Of a stretch of DNA of 64,000 nt, positions 51,516 through 64,000 are shown piece after piece. A program made the position numbers and the translations under genes. Position 1 is the first letter of the stretch. Each line of letters begins with the position of its first letter. The notes under the pieces are model-generated. The model saw only the letters and a list, made by a program, of their open reading frames with translations, searched no databases and was not told the DNA's origin. The stretch comes from Mobula hypostoma (taxonomy: Eukaryota): positions 8,990,001-9,054,000 of the forward strand of contig NC_086098.1 in NCBI RefSeq assembly GCF_963921235.1, in the 5' to 3' direction.

Positions 51516-52392
51516 TGTGACGAAAGAGGGTTACAAAAGTACACATAGACTAAGATGCTAACTGTCCTGTGCTAGCACCAGTGGGATCAACAGTTGATCT
51601 GCCATCTGTCTTCAGGAGAGAGAGATAAGTGAGACAATGGAGCAGCATTTGGAAATGTTAATGAAGAGATGAGAGAGTTTAATGGAAGGAGACACCGGTC
51701 TGAGTATTGTCAAGACCGGCTCCTTTTGAACCCTGAACTGTTTGAAGTGTGATGGACAGGCGATACCCCAGCAGGGAGATAAAAAGGGGCAGGTTCGCTA
51801 AGACACGACACACGACACCACGAGGTAACGAGACCCTGGAAGCGGTGCGCCCCCACAAGTCGGTGGGAGTTTTGGTGGTCTGGTCGCGGGACCAGCCATA
51901 GACGCACAGGGTGGAAAGATACGGTCGGCGGGAACCTGGTGAGTGTCCACCCTTGCCTGGGTGCCGGGTTCACCGCTGAAGAACGATCGTGTCTGGAACG
52001 GAGGGGTCACAGTCGGTGACCTCAGAAGACATTATAAAGCTCGTCCGAAAGCTAACTGCGAGGAATATCGAAGGTCTGTTTGGAATCCGATTTGCATATT
52101 CATTCGTTCTCTCTCTCTCTCCAATGGCACGATGGCGATTACTGCAAACTGAACTAAACTGAACTCTGTCACCTGTGATTGATCATCTTACCCCTAGACT
52201 GCGATAGAGCTTATTATCCTAGTTCTGTGTACGTGTGTTTATTCATTGCTAACCTGTTGCATTTATATCCTTACTATTAGAGTACTGTGTTGCTTATTTC
52301 TTTAATAAAACTTTCTTAGTTCCAGTAATCCAGACTCCAACTGAGTGGTCCATTTCTGCTGGTTTGGCAACTCAGTTACGGGGTACGTAACA
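51516..52392 (+). mobile_element. Solo LTR (877 bp), Gypsy/ERV-like
   Basis: TGTGACG...CGTAACA; exact 4-bp TSD CTAC at 51512-51515 and 52393-52396; AATAAA at 52304-52309; CpGs retained. Confidence 0.9.
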
Positions 52393-52424
52393 CTACAAAT
52401 AGAATAACTATTTTGGTTGATGTT

Positions 52425-52955
52425 GGTCAATGGCCTCCTCTTCTGCCACAAGGAGGCCACACTCGGAATGGGGGAGCAACTCTTCATATTCTGTCTGGTT
52501 AGCCACTAACCTGATGGCATAAACATTGAGTTCTCCAACTTGCAGTAATTTCTCCCCTTCCTCATTCCCCCTTCTTTGATTCCCCACTCTGGCCTTCTCT
52601 TACCTCTTCTCATCTCCTCGCATTCCTATCACCTCCCCCAGTGCCCCTCCTTCCATTTCTCCTATGGCCCACTCTCCTCTCCTATCAGATTCCTTCTTCT
52701 CTAGCCCTTTACCTTTCCACCTATCACCTCCCAGCTTCTTACCTCATCCCTCCTTGCCTACCCACCTGGCTTTGCCTATCTTCTTCATATTAGTACTTCT
52801 TCACCTCCCCCCCCCCGCCACCTACCTTCTTATTTTAGCACCTTCCCCTTCCTTTCCAGTCCCGATGAAGGGTCTTTGCCAAAACGTCAACAGTTTATTC
52901 CTCTCCATTCATGCTGCCTGACCTACTGAGTCCTTCCAGCATTGTGTATGTATTA
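52425..52955 (+). mobile_element. Penelope-like 3' fragment with a degenerate hammerhead (52857-52895)
   Basis: GLLFCHKEATLGMGEQLFIF-like coding remnant plus pyrimidine-rich tail. Confidence 0.8.
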
Positions 52956-53364
52956 TTCCATCTCTGAATGATAGACAGGGTTGGAATTAAATTGTCTGAA
53001 TCGAGCCACACAGTCAATGCTTTTATGGAATAAAAATCAAAAGAGTAATCTGTAATGCCGATATCCTGAGAAGGGACTCGACTGAAATATGTCTGACCTG
53101 CTGAGTTCCTCCAGCATTTTGTGTGTGTTCCTTTAGATTTCCAGCATCTGCAGAACAAACCTCTTGTGTTTATAATAAAAAGCCTGAGTGACCCTGAGAG
53201 TTGTACCAATATCCTTCAAGTTTCTAAGTTGCATGAACACTCACCATAACTATAGGACGTGAAGCTTTTTATCATCGAGCATTGAGGATGAATTCTTCCA
53301 CAAGCACTAGGTTATTCTGTGTGTGTTGCTCCAGATTTCCAGCATCTGCAGAATCTCTTGATTG

Positions 53365-54320
53365 ACTTTTATTTCTTGCATCCTTCACATACATGAGGAG
53401 TAAAAATCTTTATGTTACTTCTCTGTCTAAATGTGCAACGTGCAATTTATAGTAATTTGTAATAAATAGTATGTACAACAGGACAGTCAATATAACATAG
53501 AAAAACAATTGTATCAGCGTGAATTAATCAGTCTGATGGCCTGGTGGAAGAAGCTGTCCCGGAGCCCATTGGTCCTGGCTTTTATGCTGAGGTACTGTTT
53601 CCTGGATGGCAGCAGCTGGAACGGTTTGTGATTGGGGTGACTTGGGTCCCTAATGATCCTTTGGGCCCTTTTTACACACCTGTCACTGTAAATGTCCTGA
53701 ATAGTGGGAAGTTCACATCTACAGATGCACTGGGCTGTCCGCACCACTCTCTGCAGAGTCCTGCGATTGAGGGAAGTACAGTTCCCATACCAGGCAGTGA
53801 TGCAGCCAGTCAGGATGCTCTCAATTGTGCCCCTGTAGAAAGTCCTTAGGATTTGGAGACTCGTACCAAATTTCTTTAACCGTCTAATGTGACAGAGGCG
53901 CTGTTGTGCTTTTTTCACCACACAGCCAGTATGTACAGACCATCTGAGAACCTCGGTGATTTTTATGCCGAGGAACTTAAAGCTGTTCACCCTCTCAACC
54001 ACAAATCCATTGATGTCAATAGGGGTTAGCCTGTCTCCATTCCTCCTGTAGTCCACAACCAGCTCCTTTTTTTTTGCGACATTGAGGGAGAGGCTGTTTT
54101 CTTGACACCATTGTGTCAGAGTGATGACTTCTTCCTGTAGGCTGTCTCATTATTATTTGAGATAAGGCCAATTAGTGTAGTGTCATCAGCAGATTTAATT
54201 AGCAGATTAGAGCTGTGGGTGGTGATACAGTCATGGGTGTACAGAGAGTAAAGGAGAGGGCTTAGGTCTCAGCCCTGAGGGGCACCTGTGTTGAGGGCAG
54301 AGGGGTAGAAGTGAGGGAAT
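53365..54320 (-). mobile_element. Rex1/Babar LINE 3' ~1 kb
   Basis: ORF 53514-54056 VERVNSFKFLG..RGTIESILTGCITAWYG; upstream STGAPQG motif. Confidence 0.92.
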
Positions 54321-55256
54321 AAGTTTGAATTAATGCCACCCTGCAACAAGAGGCAGTTAAGAAACTCAATACAATGAAGAATGTGGCTCTGGCAATATCC
54401 CAGCTGTAGCAAGGATGCCCTTCAGAATTACTTGGACCTCTAGCCAAGAAAGTCCAACTAATTGGCAGTTGTAAATTTGTTCATGATTAACCGATCTAAA
54501 AATACGGGTAAAAATCCTGATAAGCTCTTATTTCATGATCGTGCACACTTCTTTATCTTTTCTCCCTTGTTAATGTTCTTGTATATACAGTACAAGACTG
54601 TAAAAGTCTTAGACACACACACACATACATATCTATATAACCTAAGACTTTTGCATGGTACCATAGTAATTTTACGTATTACACTGTACTGCTGCCAGAA
54701 AAAAAAAACAAATTTCATGACATATGTGAGTGATGATAAACCTGATTCTGTTACGGGTCTCTCTTGTGGACTGAGAGTGGAAGGGGGCAGGGAGAGGGGA
54801 ATCATGGTTGGGAAAAGGGGAAGGGAGAGGGGAGGGGGTGGGAAGCACCAGAGAGACATTCTGTAATGACCAATAACCAATTGTTTGGAATCAAATGGCC
54901 TTGCCTGGTGTCTCAGGGCTGGGTGTGTCTTCACTTGGACCACCCCCTGCCCCTGGCAGTCCTTCTCTGCCACCTGTCCCACATCCCCCCCGCAGTGCTT
55001 CACCCTTTGCCCAACATCCTTTAGCCCTGCCAGATTTACAAACTTGCACTCCACTCCATGTTACCGAGGTAAGGAAGGCTCCATGGCACTGAGTCTGTTA
55101 TTCAAGTGTAAAGCAGATGCAAGATAAACAAATTTGTAAATGGATTTGTAGAAGATTGTGTGCAGAGCTCTCATATGAACCAGGTACTAGGTCCTTTGTA
55201 CTGTCAATAAACATGATGTTTGAGGGTCTATTTCTAAATAGTTCTGCATTCATAAA

Positions 55257-55809
55257 TGCTATGCTTCATAACTTCAAAACATTAAACTAATTCAAAGGAA
55301 GACATGGGAGTCCAGGGACGCAGGTGTAACTTCATACTTACTTTACACAAGGTGCACACGTATCACGTCGTAGCATGATGATATATAAAGTAAAGTAAAG
55401 GCATCCGTTAGTCTTACGAGACCATGGATCTGTGCCTGGAAAGTCTTCACTCTCCAGGGCGCAGGCCTGGGCAAGGTTGTACGGAAGACTGGCAGTTGCC
55501 CATGCTGCAAGTCTCCCCTCTCCACGACACCAATGTTGTCCAAGGGAAGGGCATTAGGACCCATACAGCTTGGCACCAGTGTGATTAAGTGCCTTGCTCA
55601 AGGACACAACACGTTGCCTCGGCTGGGGCTCGAACTCACAACCTTCAGGTAGCTAGTCCAATGCCTTAATCACTTGGCTACGTGCCCACATGATTTCATG
55701 TATTTATTACATATAACCCGTAATGAATTATTTAAACCAACAAGAATGCTAAATCAACCAATATATTTACAAGATTACTAAACGATTACTGATGTATTAA
55801 ATACACAAA
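55257..55809 (-). mobile_element. Solo LTR of the 3272-3510 family, interrupted by a tRNA SINE (55387-55690)
   Basis: Reverse complement aligns with 3272-3510 on both sides of the SINE. Confidence 0.75.
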
Positions 55810-56337
55810 CTAAATGCTTCCTAGCCAGCCCAACCTAAAAGAAACCATACAGATGACAAACCCAAACAGTATGGTAGCATAGTGGTTAGCATAATACTGC
55901 TACAGGCACCAGCAACCAGGGTGACATTACTTTAAGGAATTTGTGTGTTCTCCCCACGACTGGATGATCCAGTTTCCTCTCACATTCCAAAGACATACAA
56001 GTGAGTAGATCAATAGGTCACATGGGTACAATCGGATAGCAGAGGCTTGATGGGCCAGAGGGCCTGTTACCCTATTGCATCTCTGAATTTAAAAACAGGG
56101 AAAAGAAATGCTTAGCAGGATTTAGTGCTAAGTGCCATTGGAAGATGCCTATCGGCTATGCAGTGGAAGATGCACTGCCATCACTGTATATGATCATCAC
56201 CGTAACTTTCCCCAAGTTAGTATCCTGCTTATTGATTTCTCTTAATTTCCTATCTGATCCACTCCCGGTTGCTTCCAACTTCTGATTGTTCTATGGCTTG
56301 AGTGTTATTCATGTTATGCCATTTCAATGTCACAGTC

Positions 56338-57075
56338 CAAAGTTCAAAGTAAAATTTACTACCAAAGTATGTATTTTTCTCCATATGCAATCCTGAGATT
56401 AATTTTCTTGCAGGCATTCACAGTAAATCCAAGAACCATAATAGAATCAATGAAAGACCACACCCAACAGGGCAGACAAACAACCAATGTGCAAAAGACA
56501 ACTAACTATGCAAATACAAAAGAAAAAAAAGAAATAATAATAATAATAAAAATAAGCAATAAATATTAGGAACATGAGACGAAGAGTTCTTGAAAGTGAG
56601 TCTATAGGTTGTGGGAACAGTTCAGTTTTGGGGTGAATGAGGTTGAATAAAGTTATCTTCTTTGGTTCCAGAGCCTGATGGTTGAGGGGTAGTAACTTGC
56701 TGAACCTGGTGGGGTGAGTCCTGAGGCTCCTGTACCTTCTTCCTGATGGCAGTAGCGAGAAGAGAGCATGGCCTTGGTGGAGGGAGTGCCTGACTGCTTT
56801 CCTGCGACAACGCTCCATGCAGATGGCCTTACCTCTGATGGACTGGACCATATCCACTAGATTTTGTAGGATTTTCCATTCAAGGGCTTTGGTGTTTCCA
56901 TACTCTGCACCACACAACTCTTGAAGTTAGTCAAAGTTTTAAATGTTATGCTGAATCTTCCCAAACTTCAAAGGAAGTAAAGGCATTGCCGTCCTTTCTT
57001 CGTAATTGCACTTACGAGCTGGGTCCAGGACAGGTCCTCGGAAATGATAACACTGAGGAATTCCAAGTTGCTCTT
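56338..57075 (-). mobile_element. Rex1/Babar 3' fragment
   Basis: HQGHALFSLLPSGRRYRSLRTHPTRF plus tail. Confidence 0.8.
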
Positions 57076-57357
57076 CCTTCCAAACATTGTCACACGCACT
57101 CCTTCTGTTTGTTCCCATTTCCCCAACTGGTGCCATCTGCCAACAATAGCTAACTACCTATGGATGCCAGATAAACTTCAGCAGCTCATTAATCCATTGT
57201 AAATGAGGTTAGAATCAAATAATGGGAAGAGTCTTCAAATCGCGGTGCAAGAATTAATCATTCAGTTATCTGAGAAGGCCTTGCTTGCAATGATCAATTT
57301 CATTGTCATAATATTTTAAGAAACATTTTTAAAGCAATTAACACAAGAGATTCTTGA

Positions 57358-58178
57358 TTGAGTGGATGTGGAGAGGGTGTTTCCTATGGTAGGAGAGTCT
57401 AGGACCAGAGGACACAGCCTCAGAATAGAGGGACATCCTTTTAGAACAGAGATGAGGATGAATTTCTTTAGCCAAAGAGTGGTGAAACTGTGGAATTCGT
57501 TGCCACAGGTAGCTGTGGAGACCAAGTCTTTACAAATATTTAAGGCAGAGTTTGATAGATTCCTGATTGGTCAGGGCATAAAATGAAATGGGGAGAAGGC
57601 AGAAGGTTGGGACTGAGAGGAAAAGTGGATCAGCCATGATGAAATCATGGAGCAGACTTGATCGGCCTCATGGCCTAATTCTGCTCCTATATCTTATGGA
57701 TGCAGGAAATCCAGAGGATCACACAGAAAAAGTGGAGGATTTCGGCAGGTCAGAGAGCTTCAATGGAGAGAAGTAAATAGTTGATATTTCAGGTCAAAAC
57801 CCTTAATCAGGACTGGAGTGGAAGGGTGAAGAAACCAGAATAAGAAGGTTGTGGAAGGGAAAGGTCTACAAACTGACTGGTGATAGGTGAGATGAAGTGA
57901 GGGGGGAAGATGAGTGGGTGGTGGAGGGGGAGTGATGAAGTGAGAAGTTGTGAGGTGATGGGTGGAAGTGGTAAAGAGCTGAAGAAGAAGGAATATGATA
58001 GGAGAGGAGAGTACACCATGGGGGAAAGGGAAGGAGGAGATGGGTAGGTGAGGAGAAGAGAATGGGTAAGAGAGGAGCCAGAATGAGGAACAGAAACAGA
58101 GTGAAGGATGAGGAGCGAGAAATTACAGAGGTTAGAGAAATTGATGCTTATGCCATCAGATTGGAGGTTACCCAGATG
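57358..58178. mobile_element. CR1 3' end (+, 57358-57700) abutting a Penelope tail (-, 57700-58178)
   Basis: DVERVFPMVGESRTRGHSLRI; degenerate hammerhead at 57778-57815. Confidence 0.8.
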
Positions 58179-59212
58179 TTACTGAGTGTGACAATGCAAG
58201 GGAAACTACTTGCCAAAGTCAGAGCTATATAATCAAAGGTATGTGAGACTAAAGAACACTAATTCACAGATTCATTACTGTCATTTTAATACTGATAAAG
58301 ATTTGAAATGAGAAAATTTAAGCAATTCAGAATTATTGGCCTCTTTCTTTTATCAATGTGTTTAGTTATTTCCGCAAAGGATTCTCTTGTGGCAAAAATT
58401 GTCAGGGAGTTTTTAATTAACTCCAGTCCCTTCAAAGTGACAATTAATGTCATTCTTTATAATGGTCTCCAGAAGTTTAGCCATTTAGCTATGCTGAAGC
58501 ATTAACAATCATCTGAATTCTGCAGTGCCAAGGATAATCCACTTCAACCTCCTCCTAAAGTTTCCTCTTTTATTTTATTTTGAGATAAACTATTTCATTT
58601 AGAATAGATCCGTCCTTACAGACAACACCAGAATTCAATGGTTCAACAGTTCAATTTAATACCACAGAATGTATACAGTATACAACCTGAAATTCTTACT
58701 CTTCACAGACATCCACGAAACAGAAGCAAAACCCCAAAGAATGAATGACAGAAAATGCTAGAACCCCAACTTCCCCCCTACAATGAACAAGCAGCAGAAG
58801 AAGCATCAACTCTCCCCCTCCCCCCACTTGCTCCTGCAAAAGCATCGAACCCCCCCACCACCACCACCCTTCCACCATGCGAGCAATAGCAAAGCCCCCA
58901 GAGATCATGATCCAGAGTCCATCAAAAACTACTGACCATCCCAACACTTGGACGTCTCAGACTGGCTCTCTCTCTCACTAGTGAGGGAGGGAGAAATATC
59001 GCTCCTGCAAGAGACGAGAGGGAGACCAACAGCTCGCTGTTTCGATGTTACAGTCTGCAATTTCAAACTCCAGAATGCCCAAGCTTTAATAGCATTGCAT
59101 TAACCACTATGCTAGCATTTTACTTTTATGTATCTTTGGATTGTGGGAGGAAACCCATGGGCTCTTGGAGAAGACAAACAAGCTTTTTACTGACAGTGCT
59201 GGAATTGCCCCT

Positions 59213-59680
59213 ATCTACAGGGGCACCATCGAGAGCATCCTGACTGGCTGTGTCATCACCTGGTACGGGAACGGTACTACCCTCAATGGCAGGGCACTGC
59301 AGAGAGTGGTGCGGACAGCCCAGTGCATCTGTGGATGTGAACTTTCCTCCATTCAGGACATTTACAGCAGCAGGTGCATTAAAAGGGCCCAAAATATTAT
59401 CAGGGACACCAGCCATCCCAACCACAAACTGTTTCAGCTGCTACCATCTGGCAAAGGGTATCTCAGCATTAAGGCCAAGACCACAGGCTTCTTTCACCAG
59501 GCCATCAGATTTATCGATAAACATTGATCTGATTGCATAGCTGACTGTACATACATGTATACAATTATATATACAATCTTCATGTCTTACAATCAATATC
59601 CCCCCACATTTCTTGCAGGTGCATTGCAACGGAGACACAACATAAAGAATTTTACTCCCTCGGATGTAAGAAATAAAATA
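59213..59680 (+). mobile_element. Rex1/Babar 3' end
   Basis: YRGTIESILTGCVITWYG..HPNHKLFQLLPSG. Confidence 0.88.
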
Positions 59681-60539
59681 AATGCAACATGCAAAATACA
59701 AATTGAACTCCAAATTCTGACACCCCTGGTACTTATAGGACAAGAACAGAGGAAAGTTAAAGTTGCTGTTCAAACAGGAGCTTGTTATTTATCTAAAGGG
59801 AAAGGATTTTCATAACTTATGCCTAATATTTTGTTTTCTCTCTTACTCACATTATTTTCCAAAGCCTATCTTTATTTTCAATATTTCATTTAAATGTACT
59901 TCATATATTTTTTCTTTTATAGTCCCTTCTTTGGCTTCTGCGTGTATCACAGTTGGAATCCCTCAAAGTCATTCCACAGAGAGAACTATTGGGTTGAAAT
60001 AGAACATATTGCCTCTGCTGTGAAATGAATTTATTTTATTTAGAGATACAGTGTGGCTCAGACCCTTCTGGCCCAACGAGCCACACTGCCCAGCAACCCA
60101 CCTACTTAACTCGAGCCTGATCACAGGACAATTTACATCTACTAACCAGTACATCTTTGGAAAGGGGAGGAATTCAGAGCACCCGAAGGAACCAAACACC
60201 GTCATTGGGAGAAAGTACAAGCTCCTTACTGAGGACACTGGAAATGATCTCCAAACGCTGAAGGCTCCGAGCTGTAATAGTTTCGTGCTAAGCGTTATGC
60301 TATCATGGTATGGAACAGACACGCGTCTTCAATTGTCTCAATTCTCTCAATATGATAAACAAAAAACAAAAGGAAACAGTAAAGGGAATTCAATACAACA
60401 AAGGATTTGGCCTTCAACTGCATCCTAGTTGCGATCTCCAATACAGCTGACGTACTGGCATTTACCCAAAGTGTAAAATGATTCCAGGTTATCCTGTCTT
60501 TAAAAAAATGAAATATCAATTATGACTAGTTGCAATTAT

Positions 60540-61990
60540 GTCAGTCTATTCTCTATTCCAATCACCATCCAGTAATAGCTACCATCAAAACAAAATTAAA
60601 GAAACTGAAACATGGAAAAAAGAGGAAGAAGTATATGTTGGGAGAATTTAAAAATGATAGCATACTTAAGCAACAATTCAAAACAGCTGTAGGAGAGCAC
60701 CTCAACGAAAACGAAAGAACACCTATTGGGGGCAGATTTAAATATACTATGCAGCAATCAGCAGAGGAGATAATCCCAGTACAAGAAATCCAACACACCA
60801 ACAAGGGGTGGGTAACCCAAGAAATTCCAGATCTGATGGAACAAAGAAGGTTAGTGAGGAATAATGAAGTACAATACAGACAGCTAGACAGACGGACCAG
60901 ACAATTGAGCAATATTGCAAAGGAAGAATGGCTGAATCAAAAATGCAATGAAGTAGGAAGTCATATTAACAACAACAAAGAAATGCACAAGAAAATTAAG
61001 GAGATTACTGGAATTAAGAAAACCTCCTCTACAGGATGCATAAGATCAGCAGACGGATCCATGCTAACAGATCCAGATAAAGTATGTGAGAGGTGGATTC
61101 AGTATATAGAGCAGCTTATTGAAGATAATTGAAGGGAACCCCCAGATATTAAACACCCTAATTCTGGCCCACCTATTACCAAAGAAGAAATAACTAAAGC
61201 AATGAAAAGCATGAAACATGGTAAAGCCACTGGACCTGATGAAATTTCAGTGGAAATGATACAAGCCCTAGCAGATCTGGGCATAGATATTCTTTCTGAT
61301 CTGTTTAATGACATATATGAGTCTGGTGTATTGCCTGACAATCTCTTGAAATCAGTATTTCTAACTCTGCCAAAAATTCCTGGAACTACTGACTGTGAAA
61401 ATTATAGAACGATCAGTCTTATGAGTCACATAATAAAGATTTTGTTGAGAGTTGTTCTGAGTCGTATTAAAAACAAATTAAGCCCAGAAACTTCTAAACT
61501 GCAATATGGATTTATTGAGGATAGAGGAACTAGGAACGCAATTTTCATACTATTAATACTTCCAGAAAGGGCAATTGAATATCAAAATAATGTCTTTTTA
61601 TGTTTTATTGATTTCATTAAAGCATTCGACAAGGTGCAACATGAAAAATTATTTCAAATTCTCGCTAAACTGAACATTGACGGAAGGGACCAACAACTAC
61701 TTCAAAATTTGTATTGGAATCAAAGCGGTGGTAAAAATGGATGCTAATATAAGCAGTTGGACTAAAATTCAAAGAGGAATTAGACAGGGATGTGTTGCCT
61801 CACCAGAATTATTTAATATCTATAGTGAAATGATTCTCAGAGAAATAGAAGAGCTAGATGGGATAAAAATTGGAGGTGTTAACATCAACAATATAAGAGA
61901 TGCAGACGATACCATCCTAAAAGCAAGTGCTGCAGAAGACCTACAAATCCTCCTAGACAAAGTAGTACAAACAAGTCCAGATTTTGTCTA
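60540..61990 (+). mobile_element. RTE-clade LINE ORF fragment (end of EN to RT), decayed, ending at a CR1
   Basis: SNHHPVI, KATGPDEISVE, CENYRTISLMSH, FIDFIKAFDKV, GIRQGCVASP, DADD. Confidence 0.9.
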
Positions 61991-62024
61991 ACCATCTACT
62001 GTAAAGAAACCAAATGTATGGTAA

Positions 62025-64000
62025 TGTAGGGTTTAAACTAATTTGGCAGGGGGATGGGAACCGGAATGATAGAATGGAGGAAGGGGAAAACAGAAATAAA
62101 TCTAAGATAGTGAGCAGTAAAGATGTCAGGAAAGACAGGCAGGTGATGGGACAAATTTGTAGCCATTGGGATGAGTTGCAGTGCAATAAAGTTGCAGTGA
62201 AATCAAAGCAAAAAGTATCAAATACTGGTCTTAAGGTGTTGTACTTAAATGCACGCAGCATAAGGAATAAAGTGGATGATCTTGTTGTACAGCTACAGAT
62301 TGGCAGGTATGATATTGTGGCCATCACTGAGACCTGGCTAAGGGATGCATGTCTCTGGGAGCTGAACGTCCAAGGATACACAGTGTATCGGAAGGATAGG
62401 AAGGTAGGCAGAGGGGGAGGCGTGGCTTTATTGGTAAGAAATGGTATTAAATCATTAGAAAGAGGTGATATAGGATCGGAAGGTGCAGAATCTTTATGGG
62501 TTGAGCTAAGAAATAGCAGGGGTAAAAGGACCCTAATGGCAGTTATTTATAGGCCTGCAAACAGCTGCAGGGATGTGGACTACAAATTACAACTGGAAAT
62601 AGAAAAGGCTTGTCAGAAGGGCAGTGTTATGATAATTGTGGGGGATTTTAACATGCGAGTAGATTGGAAAAATCAGGTCAGCACTGGATCTCAAGAGAGA
62701 GAATTTGTAGAATGCCTGCGAGATGGCTTTTTAGAACAGCTTGTTGTTGAGCCCACTTGGGGATCGGCTGTACTGGATTGGGTATTGTGTAATGAACAGG
62801 AGGTGATTGGAGAGATTGAGGTGAAGGAACCGTTAGGAGGCAGTGATCATAACATGATTGAGTTGACTGTGAAATTAGAAAAAGAGAAGCCGAAATCTGA
62901 TGTGTCGGTATTTCAGTGGAGTAAAGGAAATTACAGTGGCATGAGAGAGGAACTGGCCAAAGTTGACTGGAAAGGGACGCTGGCGGGAAAGTTTATGTGA
63001 GAAGTGAGGAAGGTGCAAGACAGGTATATTCCAAAAAAGTAGAAATTTTCGAGTGGAAAAAGGATGCAACCATGGTTGACAAGAGAAGTCAAAGCCAAAG
63101 TTAAAGCAAAGGAGAGGGCATACAAGGAAGCAAAAATTAGTGGGAAGACAGAGGATTGGGAAGTTTTTAAAACCTTACAAAAGGAAACCAAGAAGGTCAT
63201 TAAGAGAGAAAAGATTAACTATGAAAGGAAGCTAGCAAATAATATCAAAGAGGATACTAAAAGCTTTTGTAAGTACATAAAAAGTAAAAGACAGGTGAGA
63301 GTAGATATAGGACCGATAGAAAATGATGCTGGAGAAATTGTAATGGGAGATGAGGAGATGGCAGAGGAACTGAATGAGTATTTTGCATCAGTCTTCACTG
63401 AGGAAGACATCAGCAGTATACCGGACACTCAAGGGTGGCAGAGAAGTGTGCACAGTCACAATTACAACAGAGAAAGTACTCAGGAAGCTGAATAGGCTAA
63501 AGGTAGATAAATCTCCTGGACCAGATGGAATGCACCCTTGTGTTCTGAAGGAAGTAGCTGTGGAGATTGCGGAGGCATTAGCGATGATCTTGCAAAAGTC
63601 GATAGATTCTGGCATGGTTCCGGAAGACTGGAAGATTGCAAATGTCACTCCGCTATTTAAGAAGGGGGCAAGGAAGCAAAAAGGAAATTATAGACCTGTT
63701 AGCTTGATGTCGGTGGTTGGGAAGTTGTTGGAGTCGATTGTCAAGGATGAGGTTACAGAGTACCTAGAGGCATATGACAAGATAGGCAGAACTCAGCATG
63801 GATTCCTTAAAGGAAAATCCTGCCTGACATTAACCTATTACAATTTTTTGAGGAAATTACCAGTAGGCTAGACAAGGGAGATGCAGTGGATGTTGTATAT
63901 TTGGATTTTCAGAAGACCTTTGACAAGGTGCCACACATGAGGCTACTTAACAAGATAAGAGCCCATGGAATTACGGGAAAGTTACATGCATGGATAGAGC
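62025..64000 (+). mobile_element. CR1 LINE: end of ORF1, ORF2 endonuclease and RT start, running off the window
   Basis: LYLNARSIRNK, AITETWL, GDFN, GSDHNMI, KSPGPDGMHP; stops and frameshifts from ~63000. Confidence 0.95.

Noticed and set aside
60530..64000. RT and endonuclease ORF cluster as a single novel system
   Set aside because: It is two ordinary decayed LINEs (RTE then CR1) with stops and frameshifts, juxtaposed by insertion

Overview
This is eukaryotic non-coding DNA made almost entirely of interspersed repeats, and I could not identify any host gene. The repeat mix (abundant CR1, Rex1/Babar, Penelope-like elements, V-SINE/HE1-type tRNA SINEs) points to a cartilaginous fish, probably a ray; this is inference. 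Every long ORF is transposon-derived: decayed CR1, Rex1/Babar, L1, Tx1, RTE and Penelope GIY-YIG fragments, plus Tc1 transposase N-termini. Also present are at least four solo LTRs (three with exact target-site duplications, TSDs), PIF/Harbinger, hAT-Charlie and Tc1 MITEs, and multi-level nested insertions. Notable observations: (1) about 10 copies of a minimal type I hammerhead ribozyme motif in Penelope-like tails, including a 103-bp hammerhead-led insert with a 13-bp TSD; (2) a 464-bp TSD-flanked retroposon whose 5' head has HDV-ribozyme-like pairing order; (3) a 164-bp near-perfect palindrome extending beyond a MITE; (4) a ~150-bp paralogous segment 11 kb apart that shows the empty site of a CR1 insertion. 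Boundaries of decayed repeats are approximate; TSD and TIR coordinates were read directly from the sequence.
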